Assembly: GCA_000934665.2 (NCBI GenBank)
Contig: KZ538446.1
Coordinates: forward strand, 1-64,000
Direction: 5' to 3'
Length of the DNA stretch: 64,000 bases
From: Catajapyx aquilonaris
Lineage: Eukaryota
The position numbers and the translations under genes are program-made. A model generated the notes under the pieces. It was not told where the DNA came from and made no database searches. It was given only the letters and a program-made list of their open reading frames with translations. Shown one piece after another: positions 29,801-44,009 of this stretch (within the stretch, counting starts at the first letter, position 1; the number at the start of each line of letters is the position of its first letter).

Positions 29801-32800
29801 CACTCATTTAAGTGTAAGAACTGAGATTTCACACTGCTTGATAGCAACACGAGTAATATTTCAAAGCATAGGGGAGTCCATTTTTCCAACTTTAATCCAC
29901 CGCCATGTCAATAAGAGTATGAATCAGGCATAAGTGGATGTTAATCCCCCAGCAGTCGAAGCGTTTATCCTCGCATCATAAAAGTGGCTTGACTCTAGAT
30001 TGGCCCGAATTAATTAGGCTCCAGCTCCGGATTCTTTTTCATGTTTCGAAAACTACCGGACGCTGACGAGAGGCGACTCGACAAGTTTTGCAGACTTCAA
30101 TGCAACCCCACTCCGGAGAGTGCATTTTTCATTCCGTGTTAATTTACCAGCTCTAATCAAGAATGCTCCTCCGATTAATTTCGGGGCTGAAACTAGGAGG
30201 AAAATTAACGGGCCTGATACATTTTGGATTTTTGGTAGAAACACTTTGCAAAAGGAGTGTTTCGCGAATATAAAAATTGGCTTCAGTACAGTGTTGGAAA
30301 TACATGATTCGCGAGATGGAGGTGTTGGAAATACGACTCTTTTTGCACAGTGTTGGCAATACGAGCCGGCTACTTCTCCTGGTCCATCTTGATATGCGAC
30401 GGAGGCTGTTCCAGGCCTCCTTTGGCAGTCAGGCGAGGTCGACATCAACCGGCGTGACAGGTTGCAAAAACTTTGGTCATGCCGGCTTTTCCCTCCAAGT
30501 CGATACTCATGCCGAGCACGGTTGGCAGCAGCCGTGCAAGCCCTGATATCCCTTCCCTTCAACCCCCTTTTCCAACCCTGCTGACGACTTAGTCAAATGC
30601 TCCCCCACCCATGGCTGCTGCTGCTGCTGCACCACACCAGAAGCAGCAAGCCAGCCCCCTGCATTACCCTATGCAGCAGCCAGGGGATTGTGGCCGCCCC
30701 CCATGGGACCCAATATACCTACTCCATTAACACGAGGCCACCGGGATGTAGTTGCGTTACCGCCGCGTCACGTCCGTGTTTATTTTTGCCGGACTGATGC
30801 TGCACCAGGAGAGTCGAGCAAATTTTTTGTTCAGGGCATGTCCTCGACCTGTGCGTGGATGGAAAGAGGGTTTAGTCGCTCGTGAAAATGCATGTGGTCC
30901 TGTACTGAGGGAGGGTAACAGCTGAACGAGAACAACAGTGTAGCAGTATCTCGGTCGACAATATCTGTGCGAAATACGAGTATTTCGGTTCACTGAGGAA
31001 GCCATGCAACTAAAGGGAAAAGAGAGAGCTTTTACAGTGCAGTTGGAGGAAACGAGAGGATCCCGAGAGAACCTCCTTGAATAACACTTGAAACTCTTTC
31101 TACATGGTAAAATTCTCTCAATTCAAGTCAAGGATGGCAGTCGGTGAAGTATGGCAACATTCCATCAAAAAGATAATACGTATAGCCGTTATTCTGATGT
31201 TACTGATTTCAACTGCTACTCACAACTTTGTCATTAAAAGCTCTTAGTAAAATGTGATTGACTTCCTCTCGTATTGTTATAAGCAGAGCTAAAGATGTAG
31301 CCTACCTTTTAAAAAAATCCATTGCGGTACGTACAACGTTGGGCCATTAATTACACACTAGGGTGGGAGCGCTGGCATGTGGCTGTTCACCGCTGGGCCG
31401 CATAATTATTCCCTACAGTGAAGTCGCCCCTTCCTGCGCAAGTGAAGTACTTGCAGGCACATGTTCACATTAAAGCGGAATTTTGATAAGATTGCATCAG
31501 CCCAGGTTGAAGCCCAAACATGCCGGATTTGCGACACCTCGTTACTTAGGTAATTAGCTGACATTAATAAAATAACAAATTTTCCCTATCCTATGATGAG
31601 GATACAGCCTAAGACACTGCCATCGCCTCAGAGTCTATATCTGGTTCATAATTATAGGAATGTTATTGTACGCAGTAATGTCTAAATGTCTAAAATTTCA
31701 ATTATACGGTCAAGATGACACACATTATTTTACGGTATATTTTAATTCAAAGGCTTCAAGGATAAAAATAATGGTCTCCCGACATACACTGATCCTCCGG
31801 TGCCCTGCACTTTGTCAGAACCATTACAAAACCCTCTGCATACTTCCACCATAATTATACACGTGTTTTTTTGCGGCATCTATTAAAACACTGCACGTTA
31901 TGAGCTGTACTGCACATGCCTTACTGTACAGAGCATGCACCTGTTTTTTTGTACGGTCAAGTCATGCATAAAGAGCAGGCGGGGTCTATAATATTCTCAT
32001 GTGAAATTCTCTTCCACGTTTTTAACTCACACCTCGCTGCATACTGTAGTACGATGCAAAGCATTCTCTCTCTCTCGCAGGCATATCAAGTGCTGCTGAG
32101 TACAGAGGAGCAGCAGTCGTAAACGTGATTTATTACCAACCCATTTTTTAAAGCCCAACGCCCACCGCGATTTTTTGGGCACTAATGCAACAATAAGCAC
32201 CTAGCCATCCGGTATTACGCAAACATCGCCTGATGTTATGAACCGGTGAGTGGGCTTCAGCAAATATGACATTATGAAATTTGATGTCATTTTTGTTCAA
32301 TTTCTTCCATGGTTACAATATTATTAGAGCGTCTGACACTGTCTCGGGGGGTATAGCTAAATACATAAATACTAAATGACTATTATTAGAGTGTGTACAA
32401 AATAATTACGGACAACTTTGTATCAAAATAATGTTTTCAAACATGAAACAGTTGTGAACTTCCTCTCGGGAAATCGTCCATCATCAATAATAATTAGATG
32501 CCCATTTGCACCACTTAAAAGCTCCACTCGTAGGCTTAATTGTTATACACAGTTGCAAGTGGTGATGTACTACATTGTTATTGATGTACTGCTGTGGATG
32601 TCACGCTGTGTGTTAGTGTAGGCACACGTTCTACGTTACTCTTCCTACAAGTTAGAGGAATATTAATCAAATATTGAATCATCATTACACATATTAACCA
32701 ACTTTCTGCTTGAGAGGGCTGAAATAGTACCAGTGCTATTTTCAAGTACTACTTGCACAACCAACCAGCTCATGTCACTGTATGGTTGCAAAAAGATCCC

Positions 32801-35800
32801 CATATATTTTTCAGCTGAATTCCACCCAACGAGCAAGAGGAATAATTTCAAAAATCATAATCGTGTCAGTGTCCTGGCAGATATGAATCAAGCGAAGCAT
32901 AGTTTCCAAAGTGCCACTCGACCATTTTTTGTGTTATTTAACATGAAGTGGATTACCAGGGATTTGAGAGCCACGCGTGTACTCCAGTAACTCAATATGC
33001 GTGTGCACTCGCACTTCTGCATGAATTATCCCCTACATTGTGCATGGCACTGGTCTCCTCCACTAAATTCAATCTAATTAATGCCTGCTCCAGAGAGCTC
33101 CGAAGCACCACTCGATGATACATCCAGACCAATGCTTTAAAAAAAATCCCAATTCGCCCTCAAAAAAGACTGCTCCTATTTTAATAACGAATTCGATCCG
33201 GACGACATCTGCTGGAATCATCCAGTTTTCCTATCGCATTTCCATCTGGAACCAGCTTATTGAAAGACTCCCAGTTTAATTATCTCTACAGTCTTCCGAA
33301 AAAAGGTGTAGGTCATCTTAACAGCTCAGTTGGGACCTATTTTTTCCTCCAGAAAAAAACCAGGCGCTCCGGATTTATTCTGCTGGAAAGCTGTCCTCAA
33401 CAATTCGAGTCAGGAAATGGCCATTCCCATCCTCCATTTTTTTCTACTCCACGGTCCCTTTTGTGGGTCAGAATTTTTTTTCTTCGGGCGATACAATTTT
33501 CTTTAAGGGCAGAAATTTACAGGAGGCGATAAAGGGGTTTAAGCTTGAATCTTTGCGGAGAAGTATCTGAGCAATTTGAAGTCAGTTGAGGCATGAAAGG
33601 TGGGTGTCGTAGAAAAGAGGTGGTTCCTCTCTCCCCCTCCAACCAAGACTTGGAAGCTCAGCCTTTTCCTATCCTCTGACAGTTACCAGCAGTTATATAC
33701 AGGCCATCTGCCATTATTGGATCCGATCTAAAAGGATTAGAAAATTTACAGTCGGAGGATGGTGTCGGAAATAAAAAGTCGCTCACTGATGGGGATAATG
33801 AGCCACTTGACGGCTGCAAAAGGAATGGTGGTCTTGTAACGTAACAAGTGATAAATCCCGGGAGATGCGCCCAACAAATCATTTCTAGGTGGCTGCCTTC
33901 AGTAAGGAAGCCTATCATTTTTCAACGCCCCAGAAACAAATGGAGAATAATGGCTGAAAAACCTACAACGGAATAAATTTTTTTTTGGGGGGGGGCTAAC
34001 CGGCTGGAGTCATGATGCGCAATAATAACTAGTATTTTTTATCCAAACGGCGAGTCCGGCCAATTGATTAACACCATCACGGTTAGGTTAATTACTGTAT
34101 TCACTGCATGCAGGAACAATAACGCAAAGCCGCAAACTGTTGAGGTTGGCTGCAATGTAATCAAATAAATAAGCTGGTGGAAACTTGATGTTGAAAAACG
34201 GGGGGTGGTTTAACTGCCGCACATACGCATTAATTTAGTTTGCTAAACAAGAGTGGAAATAAATTCATGGAGGGGGGGAAGTTATCAATTAATCATTAGA
34301 GGGAGAGAAAAAACGGCGGCTCTTGACCTTCAAAAAGCTATTCACTAATTACAATAGCGGTGTTCGAGCTTGTTCTTCACATTGTTGGCATGATTTTGCC
34401 TACATATTATATGTAGGCAAAATCAGGCAAATAAGCAATGTGAAGAACAGGCTCGAACACCTTGAATAAAATACGAAAAATTTGAATGCTACTGTTGCAA
34501 GAGATTAAAATTGTGTTGGTTCCAACCCTGGCCAAAACCAAATAATTGGTTACCAATCCGCGGCCGTCTTGCACTTTTGTTATTCCTATCGATTTTAAAA
34601 AGCAAACAGTTATTATTACCCAGCTGATAAAACAGGTTGGCGGGTTCAGTAGAACCGATCCAATATGCAAATTGATTATCTGGATGTGCAAAAACATGTA
34701 GAACAATGACTGGGTTTTGCACCCTGTTCCGCACAGTATGATTGTCTAGTGCGCGATGCCTTTTAAACACGCAATTTGGTTCCTATTGTCGCAGTCTGCC
34801 CAACAACCTTAGACAATATCCCGGGCCGTTCCCCGATTCTGTCAAGGCGTTTCTTCCAAGGGCCGTAAGGCCCCGGGCAAACAAGGCCTGACAGGATTAC
34901 CCAAACAGATCACGACTCTCTTTCTCTTGTTTATGACCAACTCGGACAAGGAAGACCCCATTGGAAAAAAAAGGAGGAAGCTAAAAGGAGACTGGAAACG
35001 CTCATGGATCATCCTACACCTGCTATGGAGGACCAGACTCGGGGAAAAAGACACAGCAGCCAATTAACCCAGTTGGCCCAGAAGTCATTTGACCTCGGTC
35101 TAATGGCATCCACCCGTAAAGTCCTGACCCTTCCCAATCCTTCACTGCGGAGAAATGGTCTCTCTTGCCTCGCCAAATTCCCCAAGAAGCTGCAAGGTTA
35201 GCGACGTGCCTGGCCGCACAAACTCGTTCGCCTCCAAACCCCCTATGATAAATCGGCTCGTCTCTTCATTGGTGAACTTGGGCCATAACAGTCTCTCTGG
35301 AGGCCTGCTTACTGCCCTCCCCGTCCCTGAAGGAAGGCTTACAATTAAAGCTGCTGACAAAAATTGTGTGTGCCTTCAACGTACGAGTTTAGACGAACAA
35401 GTTATCACGCCGTTTTGCTTCGGGCCAGTCCGGGAATGTGGCACTATCCGGATTATTGCTAATGTCAAAGCCCTGGAGTGGGAGGGGGAAAAAAACCTAT
35501 TCGTTTTCTAGTGGAGGAAAACTTGCAGTATATTGGTTAGCGAAAAGGGATTGGAGATGGTTCAGAAGGAGTGCTATCACGTAAAAAGAGCCAATCGAAA
35601 CGCTCAGACGTGCTAAACATTCGGGACCGGCTATGAATTGTTCATGCTCGATAATTTGGGTCCGGAGTGAGCCGGTTTTCAAACTGCGGTTTTCCCACAG
35701 TCTACCCGGATTTATATGCTAGCACTGGTTAGTGGGAAGTGAGAGGGATGAGAAAATATGTGCAAATTTCCTGGTAATACTGGACAAATGAACTGTTGAG

Positions 35801-38800
35801 AGGGTCAGCTGGGAGTTCATGGAGTGTTTATTACAAAAGTTTGCAATAACGTCACTATTGTTGTCATGTAGTGATAACAAATCTGTCTTTGTTTCGCACA
35901 TTATAAACACAGAGTGTAGAGAGAGAGAGAGAACAATGGAGTAGGTTAAAATAGTGTTAGCTCAATTTGGAAGTCTCTTGAAAGTAGTAAAAAGCCAACC
36001 GAGGAGACGGCGCATAATGATTGAATTTCTCTATTGACGCAAAAGGCCCTTGCAGTATTTTGAGGTAGCACTTGAAGGTGCTGTCCTTACGCGTAACCCG
36101 GTTTATCCAGGGTGTGAGGCTTCCCGGCGAACAGGAAAGGCTGAAGGGAAGCTCTCCTGAGTTAGGATAAGAGTCGGGTTCAAAGGGTTGCACACACAAA
36201 AAGCAGCATCTCCCAGGAAGATAGCTAGTAACGGTCTGCTCTCGGGCCAGGAACTTTATGTCGAGCTGATATCAACGCTCAATAATAATAAAGAACATGA
36301 CATTCACCGCAATATCTAAGGGAAAAGGGTGATGTCTCCAAGGAAAGTGCAAGATATATTTGCAACTACTATATAATGGATTCTGCGTACCTTTGGGCAC
36401 TGATGTGAGGGAAAGTTCCAGCAATTACAGCAACGTGTTTGGAAAAATATGAGCTCAAAATGATTGCATTGTTAAGCTGATATATAGGACTTAAAATTAA
36501 AGATGTTCAATGCTCGAGTGTGCCTTGAACTACATTTCCGCAGTATTTCATAACACGTTATTGGATTCAACAAATTTCCCCAATTCATCCTCGAAATCGC
36601 ACAATTCTGGTAGAAATCAACAAAGAAAGTTGGACTAGTCCCAATGCGCAGTTTATAACCCTGTTGTGCAGCTTAAAGGCAATTAGAAACTCCCTATGAT
36701 TTAGAGCCATGCAATGATTAAGGGAATAAAATAGGTCGCATCCAAATTGTATAGCCAGGGTTTCCCTCACTGGCCGATTCCAGGACCAATCCGGCATGAA
36801 TCATCCCGAAGTTGTCGGGGGGGCATTTATAAGCAAAAGACAGCAGGAGGGAAGTCCCGTAGAGGACTGTCAATTAGCTCGGAATAAATTAGTTGTTAAT
36901 TGCGTGGCGCCGTGATAAAGGCAGACACGGCAGAGTCTGGATCCACACTTACGTCAGGGCCGTTCTTTGCGTCATGAACGCAATTAGACCATCAAAGAGA
37001 GCTTTGATTCCAAGGCTATATAGCTCTGACGACTCTGGTCTTCTTATGTACACATCCTTGCATAAGTCATGCCTGTACGGTTGCTTCTGTGTTAATAATT
37101 TGCTGGCTCAAACAATCCGAAGCTTCCCGCATTGCCAGATTCTTGCTCCACTCTATAGATACGTACAAAAGCATGCCTGGCCGTTCCATTTAACTTTTGC
37201 TTTCGGATACATGTCTGTGCGTGGCAACAGGGTGTGGCGGCAGACAACAAACCGGATACAAGTCACAAACAAACTTTGCTCAGCACGTGTGTTTTCGCAC
37301 AATCGTGCGTTCTGTGCGGCGTCTGCACAAAGGCTGGGGCTGGCGGTCGGCTAAAAACCGCATTCCGTTTGAACAAAAGTACAGCCGTATATCTCAAACA
37401 TTTGCCTGAGTCCGAGAGGCAATGTCCGCTACGAGAGTTTGAAATAGTACGAACAGCAGCATGAAAGACAAAGTCACTTAAACACAAGTGTTTTATACAT
37501 TTTCACGAATATTGTGTCTCTCTCTCTCTCGATTCAATATATTTACTCCAATCCCTGCTTATGACGCGATGTCTGCCACAAAAGTTGTTTCAAACTCGGC
37601 AACTCTTATTAGTTAAGTGTGCCAAGCCCACAATCAATCTTCAAATAAGCTGGATATGATCGAGAAAACAAGCGGTAAGCATTGGCTGCCAAAATGAGGG
37701 GCTTTCCAACCAGTAATTGCGAAGATTGCTGTCATAGCCATGAACCAAATTTGGCGAACCTCATCATTCACTGATACGTCTCGAAAACGCTTGAATAGTT
37801 TCCGTATATAAAAGGAGGCGCGGCGGGAGAATTATAAAGTTAGGGAAGATCTCACGGGTCACCGACTTGGATAGAGCGTAAAAAAAGGAAACTTTTTTAC
37901 CCCCTAGTGGATTCAAAGTATAAAAAAAGCGTCTACGGTATTGTAGTATGAAACCCCCAGAAGCAGCAGCATTTTTATCAAGATCCAAGAAACCGTTTTC
38001 GCTATTGCAAAATTGGGGCGTCACAAGGCTCGAGCTCCCCGAAACTTCAGCAACAAATGACGAACAATTTGAATTGCATATTTTGTACACTAGATTGTCG
38101 CAAAATGTTTGCAAAGTTCGTGGTTTTGAAAATGGGAACGTCATACACAAGAAGTTACAAAACCGGAGAGAAAAAGCTCCATTTTTTTGTGATGTTCGTT
38201 ATTTATTGAATCTGCATGCAAATATATTTTGTCGTTTTATTTAAAGGTTGTATTTGCGACGGTTTGGCAGAATTTTCGTTTTTCAAGGCTTATAGATCCG
38301 GTCCATCCACAATTACAAACCCAGAGACATGGTAATAACGTCCAATTCGTTCTCATTAGATCAACGTTTGATGGCGGAATTTGCAAGCCTCGGGAACCCC
38401 GGCTGAGTATATGGAAATTGCAGTTTGCCATGGCTTGCAAAGTTGAAATATCGGTCCCAGACGCCTTGCCAAAGGCAAGCGGAGCAAGACGGGCGGTCAA
38501 TTTGTTTCTGACCGAGCCGAACGGTTGAGATTTCCCAGTGGCAATATGGGAGAGGCTAACCGGACCGACCCTCCAGCTTCACGCAACCGAAAGCCATCTT
38601 CATTTCCGCTCCTAATCTTTCCTACTGAATGCCCCCACCGCTCTGAAGCTAGGGTTCACTGCCAAAAGGACCTCCCTTCCCCCCAGAAATTAAGCGAACT
38701 CATGCCCTCCCCACTCTGAAACCTGGCTTTGCTTGCATGCTCAGGTGATTCCAAGCTGGAGACAACAACTCTGGTTTATGCACCACACAGGGAGGCGGAT

Positions 38801-41208
38801 CAAAGAGCAAACCGCTACCCGCTGTTTGGAGATAAGCGGGTTATAATTAACATAGTGCTGGTAACGACTTTTTAAAAGTGTAGATGGCGATCTGCCCTCT
38901 CTGCCCACTACTGCCACTCTCAATGTCGTGCGAGGGGTAGTACTACATGCACATGAGCGGGCAGATGCATAGACTCAAGCTAATTCTATCCTGTAATACC
39001 CTGCACATGAATGAACTCACAGTCTCCTCAAATATTGCAACTCCGGCAGGAAATTGGGGTCCTGGAACCACCTCCGGATCATCTTGGCACATATTTGGGA
39101 TAATGCCCTCCGGAACCAAGTTATGCAAAGTGGTTGCGCTCAGCAGCACCAGGCTTCGGATGAAATAAAGTAGTACCCAACTCTTACTTTGAAATACAGC
39201 AGCTCGTACATGCATGTTCAAACGCCTTTCCCCCCGAGGCGATCAAGACTCTGCACTGTATCCACCCGCATAATATACCCGGGCCCAAGTGTATGTACCC
39301 GCACATTAAACCGCCTTTTTTTGTGAAACGGAGTGGTAATTGCGATGCAGTCACTGCCACTTAAAGGTTGTAATATGCAAATTCAAACAAGCCGATGGGG
39401 TCATTATGCTTCCAGGCGTTAACGGCCTCTGCATTCGAAGGAACAGGTAGGATATACTGTACGACGCTTTAAAACTAGGGGTGTTTCAACTCTCTTTTCC
39501 CAACTTATTTTACAGCTTAATGAGACTGGTTCCCTCATTATCACGTACGCAGCAGGGCCCCCTTTTTCCTGCTCAGGGCACCGGAAAGAACGTGCGAATG
39601 TTTATACGCTGTCGTATTTCAAATTAGTCCTAAATTCAGGTGTAAATTATTTCAGGTTGTACTTGTATTTTTTAAATTTCATAACTAATTAATTTTTAAA
39701 TTCATTTAATATTTTAAAATCGCGAATAATTGTTATAATATCAGCACTTTAAATATTGGGGCAATTAGAAACGGTCTTTTAACATCGATTCTAAAAATTA
39801 GCGAGACGTGACATGAATGCCGTACCGGTATGTCGTAAACAAATCAAGTGGTCGTGTCGTGTACCAAATGTCTGATGTTATCGTGTCAGTCATTTTACGC
39901 CGCGACTCGAATCACGGAAATGTGTCCAATGATTTTGGGAACGACATACAACAACGAATCATGAATAATTTACACTCCACCTTTAATTGGAGCATGTCAT
40001 TCTGGTTGCATTGTTGCAATTGCTAAAAATTAGATGCTGTTGTATAATTGAAATGCCCTGCGTAGTTGCTGGTTTAGAAAAATAATGTTTTTTTTTCTAA
40101 TTTTGGCATTCAGCGGCGTGTTAACTTATTCCTGTCAGGTGTTTTTTTCTAATCTAATTTTTTCAACTGCGAAAAATTTGCACACGCGAACCTTGCCACC
40201 TGTACCAGTTCATGCATGAAAAAACCACATTTTCAAACCTAATGCAGCAAACACGTTCGATTCATCCAACCCCCCGCAAAATTTGTGTGTCAATAACAAT
40301 CGCTACATTTCAGTTTCCCCTACAACAAACACCGCAAAATTTCGCAACGCGATTCCTTCTGCCCCAATTCCACATTCAGATAGAGATAGGGACGTGCTGG
40401 CGGGCTTCCCCACACGAAAACCTGTATGTAAAGTTAGCCAAGAGAAGCGGAAAAGGTCACCGCATAATTCCCCCAGAAGCTCAACCTGCCCTCCACAGGG
40501 TGTGTCATCATGATTCTGCGGTGAATTCCTGAGCATCACATAAACATCCCTTGCATAAAATGATCAACTCGTTCTGGAAGTTTGTCAGGATCGTTACGAA
40601 ACACCCTGTGCACTTCCAGCTCACCCTTCAACCCCGGCTCTAGGGAGGCCCGATTTTATTTCGGGCCAACGGAAGTGTACTTTTGCAACCTCAAACCGCT
40701 TGAAACGGAAGTTTATCTGCATATGAAACAATGCAAATATGACTTGAGACTGAGCCTTATATAATCTCTGGGCCCACAGCCAGCTTGCCTGTTCATACGG
40801 AGGACCGTATCTCTAGTGCTCCGGGAAGAGGGTGTCACTGTTGCCAACTATTTCTATACAAACCGGGGTACCTCTGTTTCGGGGCCGACACGAGGGACAG
40901 GCATTATGCAAATGATACCTACATAATGCGTTAAAAGTGTATGCTTTCATTGCGGTAATGGCTGCGAGTGCAATGCCTGATGAGCGCTACAGTTTGTTGC
41001 GGCCGGATAATTTCCTAGTTTTAGTGCCCGGTATAGCTAAAGGCACTTTCTAAAAGTGAAGGCATGTCCCTCTGAGCAAATCACGGTTTTGCGGTGATAA
41101 CCACGTACGTACATACGAAAATGAAAAGAAAGCGAAAAACAAGTAAGAATTTATTCGGTGTGCTCCCGTCCGCGGTGAGTCATCACTAGAGTGGGGGGGG
41201 GGGGGCAT

Positions 41209-41467
41209 NNNNNNNNNNNNNNNNNNNNNNNNNNNNNNNNNNNNNNNNNNNNNNNNNNNNNNNNNNNNNNNNNNNNNNNNNNNNNNNNNNNNNNNNNNNN
41301 NNNNNNNNNNNNNNNNNNNNNNNNNNNNNNNNNNNNNNNNNNNNNNNNNNNNNNNNNNNNNNNNNNNNNNNNNNNNNNNNNNNNNNNNNNNNNNNNNNNN
41401 NNNNNNNNNNNNNNNNNNNNNNNNNNNNNNNNNNNNNNNNNNNNNNNNNNNNNNNNNNNNNNNNNNN
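41209..41467. other. Assembly gap (259 N) flanked by G homopolymers
   Basis: Run of N with poly-G on both sides. Confidence 0.99.
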
Positions 41468-43936
41468 GGGGGGGGGAGAGACCAGCATGAAGCAGCATTT
41501 TTAGACAGGTGTCGATGCAGTGCGCAGCCCGTATCCTCCCAGCCCAAATTACAGATAAATACGATAAACAAGCCCTGGAGAGTCGTAAAAGCTCTGAAGT
41601 GGCGTCGTAAATAAGAGAGCAGAGAGCCTCTCTACCTCCCTTTCCCAGAATTATCCTCCCCAGCACAAACCTCCATTGCAGTTTCCCTCAATCATCCGGC
41701 CTGTGGACTGCAAATGGACGCCTAAATTCCTCGCATTTGTCATCATGTTGCACACAGTTTTCACTCAAATACTTAGCATCACTCATGCTGAACACACTGG
41801 AAGCAAATCTGCGCAATGCTTCAAACATTCTGTTAACATTTCAGAATTTGCGATTAGATTTGCGATATTAAGTTTTAAATAATGTCGGTTGGCCATCAGC
41901 GTTTGTTAAGCAAAGCGGAAGCTGTCCTATATTAACTCAGTTTGCTTTTCCTCTTCTCTCTTTTTTGTGTCCTCTGTTCTGATTGGGTGCCACGAGCGGC
42001 ATATGCCCCGGCGGTTCTTTTCTCCGGAAAATTCTGGTGTTTCAAAGCGAGTTAGAAGTAAGGGCCCTGGGGCTGAATACCTCTGGGTGAAAAATGCGAA
42101 GGAGTCGATAATTTCCTTCGCATCCCCAACAAGCCAGCAGCCCAAGCCAAGCTTCTTCTTCCCATGAAATGAGCAAGTTCCTATCAAAGGGCGATTTTGT
42201 CACGAGATCAAAATGCTCCCTGGTCCAATTTTCTTCTGCTCGGCGCTAAATCCCTTCTCAGGCTCCCAGCCCAATTAGTTGCGGCTTCTCTTTTCCTTTT
42301 GCCTGAAGGCGCTGGTAGGACTATGCACTATTCAGCATCATTTCCATGACAATTGCAGAAACGAAATTGGCGGAAAAAATCTCCGGTTGACACAGAGAAA
42401 AATCTAATTATTTTTTTCAGTACCGACTGCGACATTGGAGGTCTAAAATATTTGGGAAACTGTAAATATCCGGACCGACAAAATGAGAGCGAGTTTTTTC
42501 CTTTGTTGCCAATGAAAATGTTTCTCTTTGTAGCACAGGTCTGATGCAGTGGGATCAATGCAACGGAGCTTTTAAAAAAATGGAATGTGTTCATTTCGAG
42601 AGTATAACCATAGGATATAATATGCAGGATTGGAAGTACTGAAACCTTTAGTCAAATATTGTATATTGACGTCAGGTGTAACCATTTTCATACCCATTTG
42701 ACGCCATAATCAGAACAGACCTGACCTCTACTTGGTGGGCCACGGACCACACTGCTGGATAGCCAAAACTTCATGCTTGCCTAAGCAAAATGTAAAATGT
42801 GGCAAGGTTGCTCGACTCCGTATAACCGCGTCAAAGGAGACAAATCAGAAGAGACGCCGACGAACTCATCAGTGGTCCGCAGGGGTCCGTCTCCATCTGG
42901 GCCGTTCGAATGTCTGAGCGAGAAAAAGACCTTTTTTTTGTGTGTGTGCCAGGGCTGCTCCAAATCACCTGCAATTTTTTGGGTGCCTCCAACTCACTCA
43001 TGATGAAAAGAAACTTGCTCCCCTTCTCAAACTGCGGCCTCGGCGACAATGACTTGCAACCCACTTTTTTTCATCTGGCTCACAGTCGGATTTAAAAATT
43101 TGCTGGATCTCATTTGGTAAGAGGAAGATCGAGATCAACTGATAAGAAGACTGATCCAGCGATTTTTGTGGGTGGTTGGGACTAACCCTTTTCTTGCTTT
43201 TTAATGTTTTGAATTACTTCTGTATCCGCGAATTTGAAGGATTTTCTTCAAACGCGGTTTGCAATCCCCCTGCATTTTCTTAAAAGTGAAATATTAAGCA
43301 GCTTCCGGCTTCTCTCATCCCTTAGTATCCAAACAGGCAATTAAAAGTTCGAACAACAATTTTGTTACAATCTAATGAATTAGATGCTTGTACAATTTAA
43401 TTTTTAAAGACCATGAGATTTTACTAATGCCCGATTTTTTTTTGGAATGGCTGTTACCAGTGTTCGGCTTTTCTTTTGGGGAAAATGTCCGCATGCACGA
43501 CAGTACAAAATTAGGTCCGTACATAACATGGCCTTTCCATCACTGGTAGCGTGAAATGTGCAAACAGATTGAAAAGAATTGCTGGTCCGTTACCAAAAAC
43601 ATAACTCCTTTAAAAAGTCCGCCCCGCGATTTCCGTTTCCGCTTCCAAACACCGCCAGTATATAGCAGAGTCCTAACTGCTTCCATCTACTTTGCAAACA
43701 GCAGTTTGCGGATGGGGTCAGGAGGAAAAAGAGGCAGTAAATTTGGCCAGAGAACTTTGAAAGCGGAAGGTGCAAGGTATGTTGTTGCCATGTTGTTGTT
43801 TTTTAAAGAGGCAGCGACTTTTTATTCAGTGTCAGCGAAATGACTTTTTGACGCAACTTTTGCTGACTTGTTTGTTTTCATGTCTGTCTATTGTTGCAGG
43901 TGACGTGAAGCATTCCGTGGGCCGCGTCATTACGTC

Positions 43937-44009
43937 ATGGGAGGCTCCTGGATCCTGCTGGGATGCCTGGTCATGCAAATCATGCGCGTGCAGGCGGCCT
44001 TTGAATCAG
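43937..44009 (+). CDS. First coding exon (signal peptide MGGSWILLGCLVMQIMRVQA-AFES) of a Dpr/zig-8-like Ig-superfamily gene; the exon itself starts at 43900
   Basis: Acceptor ttgttgcag| ends at 43899, with branch-like ctgac at 43863-43867 and about 60 nt free of AG. In-frame TGA at 43901-43903 precedes ATG (gtcATGG). Hydrophobic core and VQA|A cleavage pattern. Consensus donor CAG|gtgagt at 44010, phase 1, matching the phase of the 52692 exon. Confidence 0.8.

Noticed and set aside
36061..36082. let-7-like miRNA (tgaggtag)
   Set aside because: Only the 8-nt 5' end matches and no precursor hairpin was evident.
41050..41666. Longest ORFs (171-173 aa)
   Set aside because: They stay open only because they cross the N gap.
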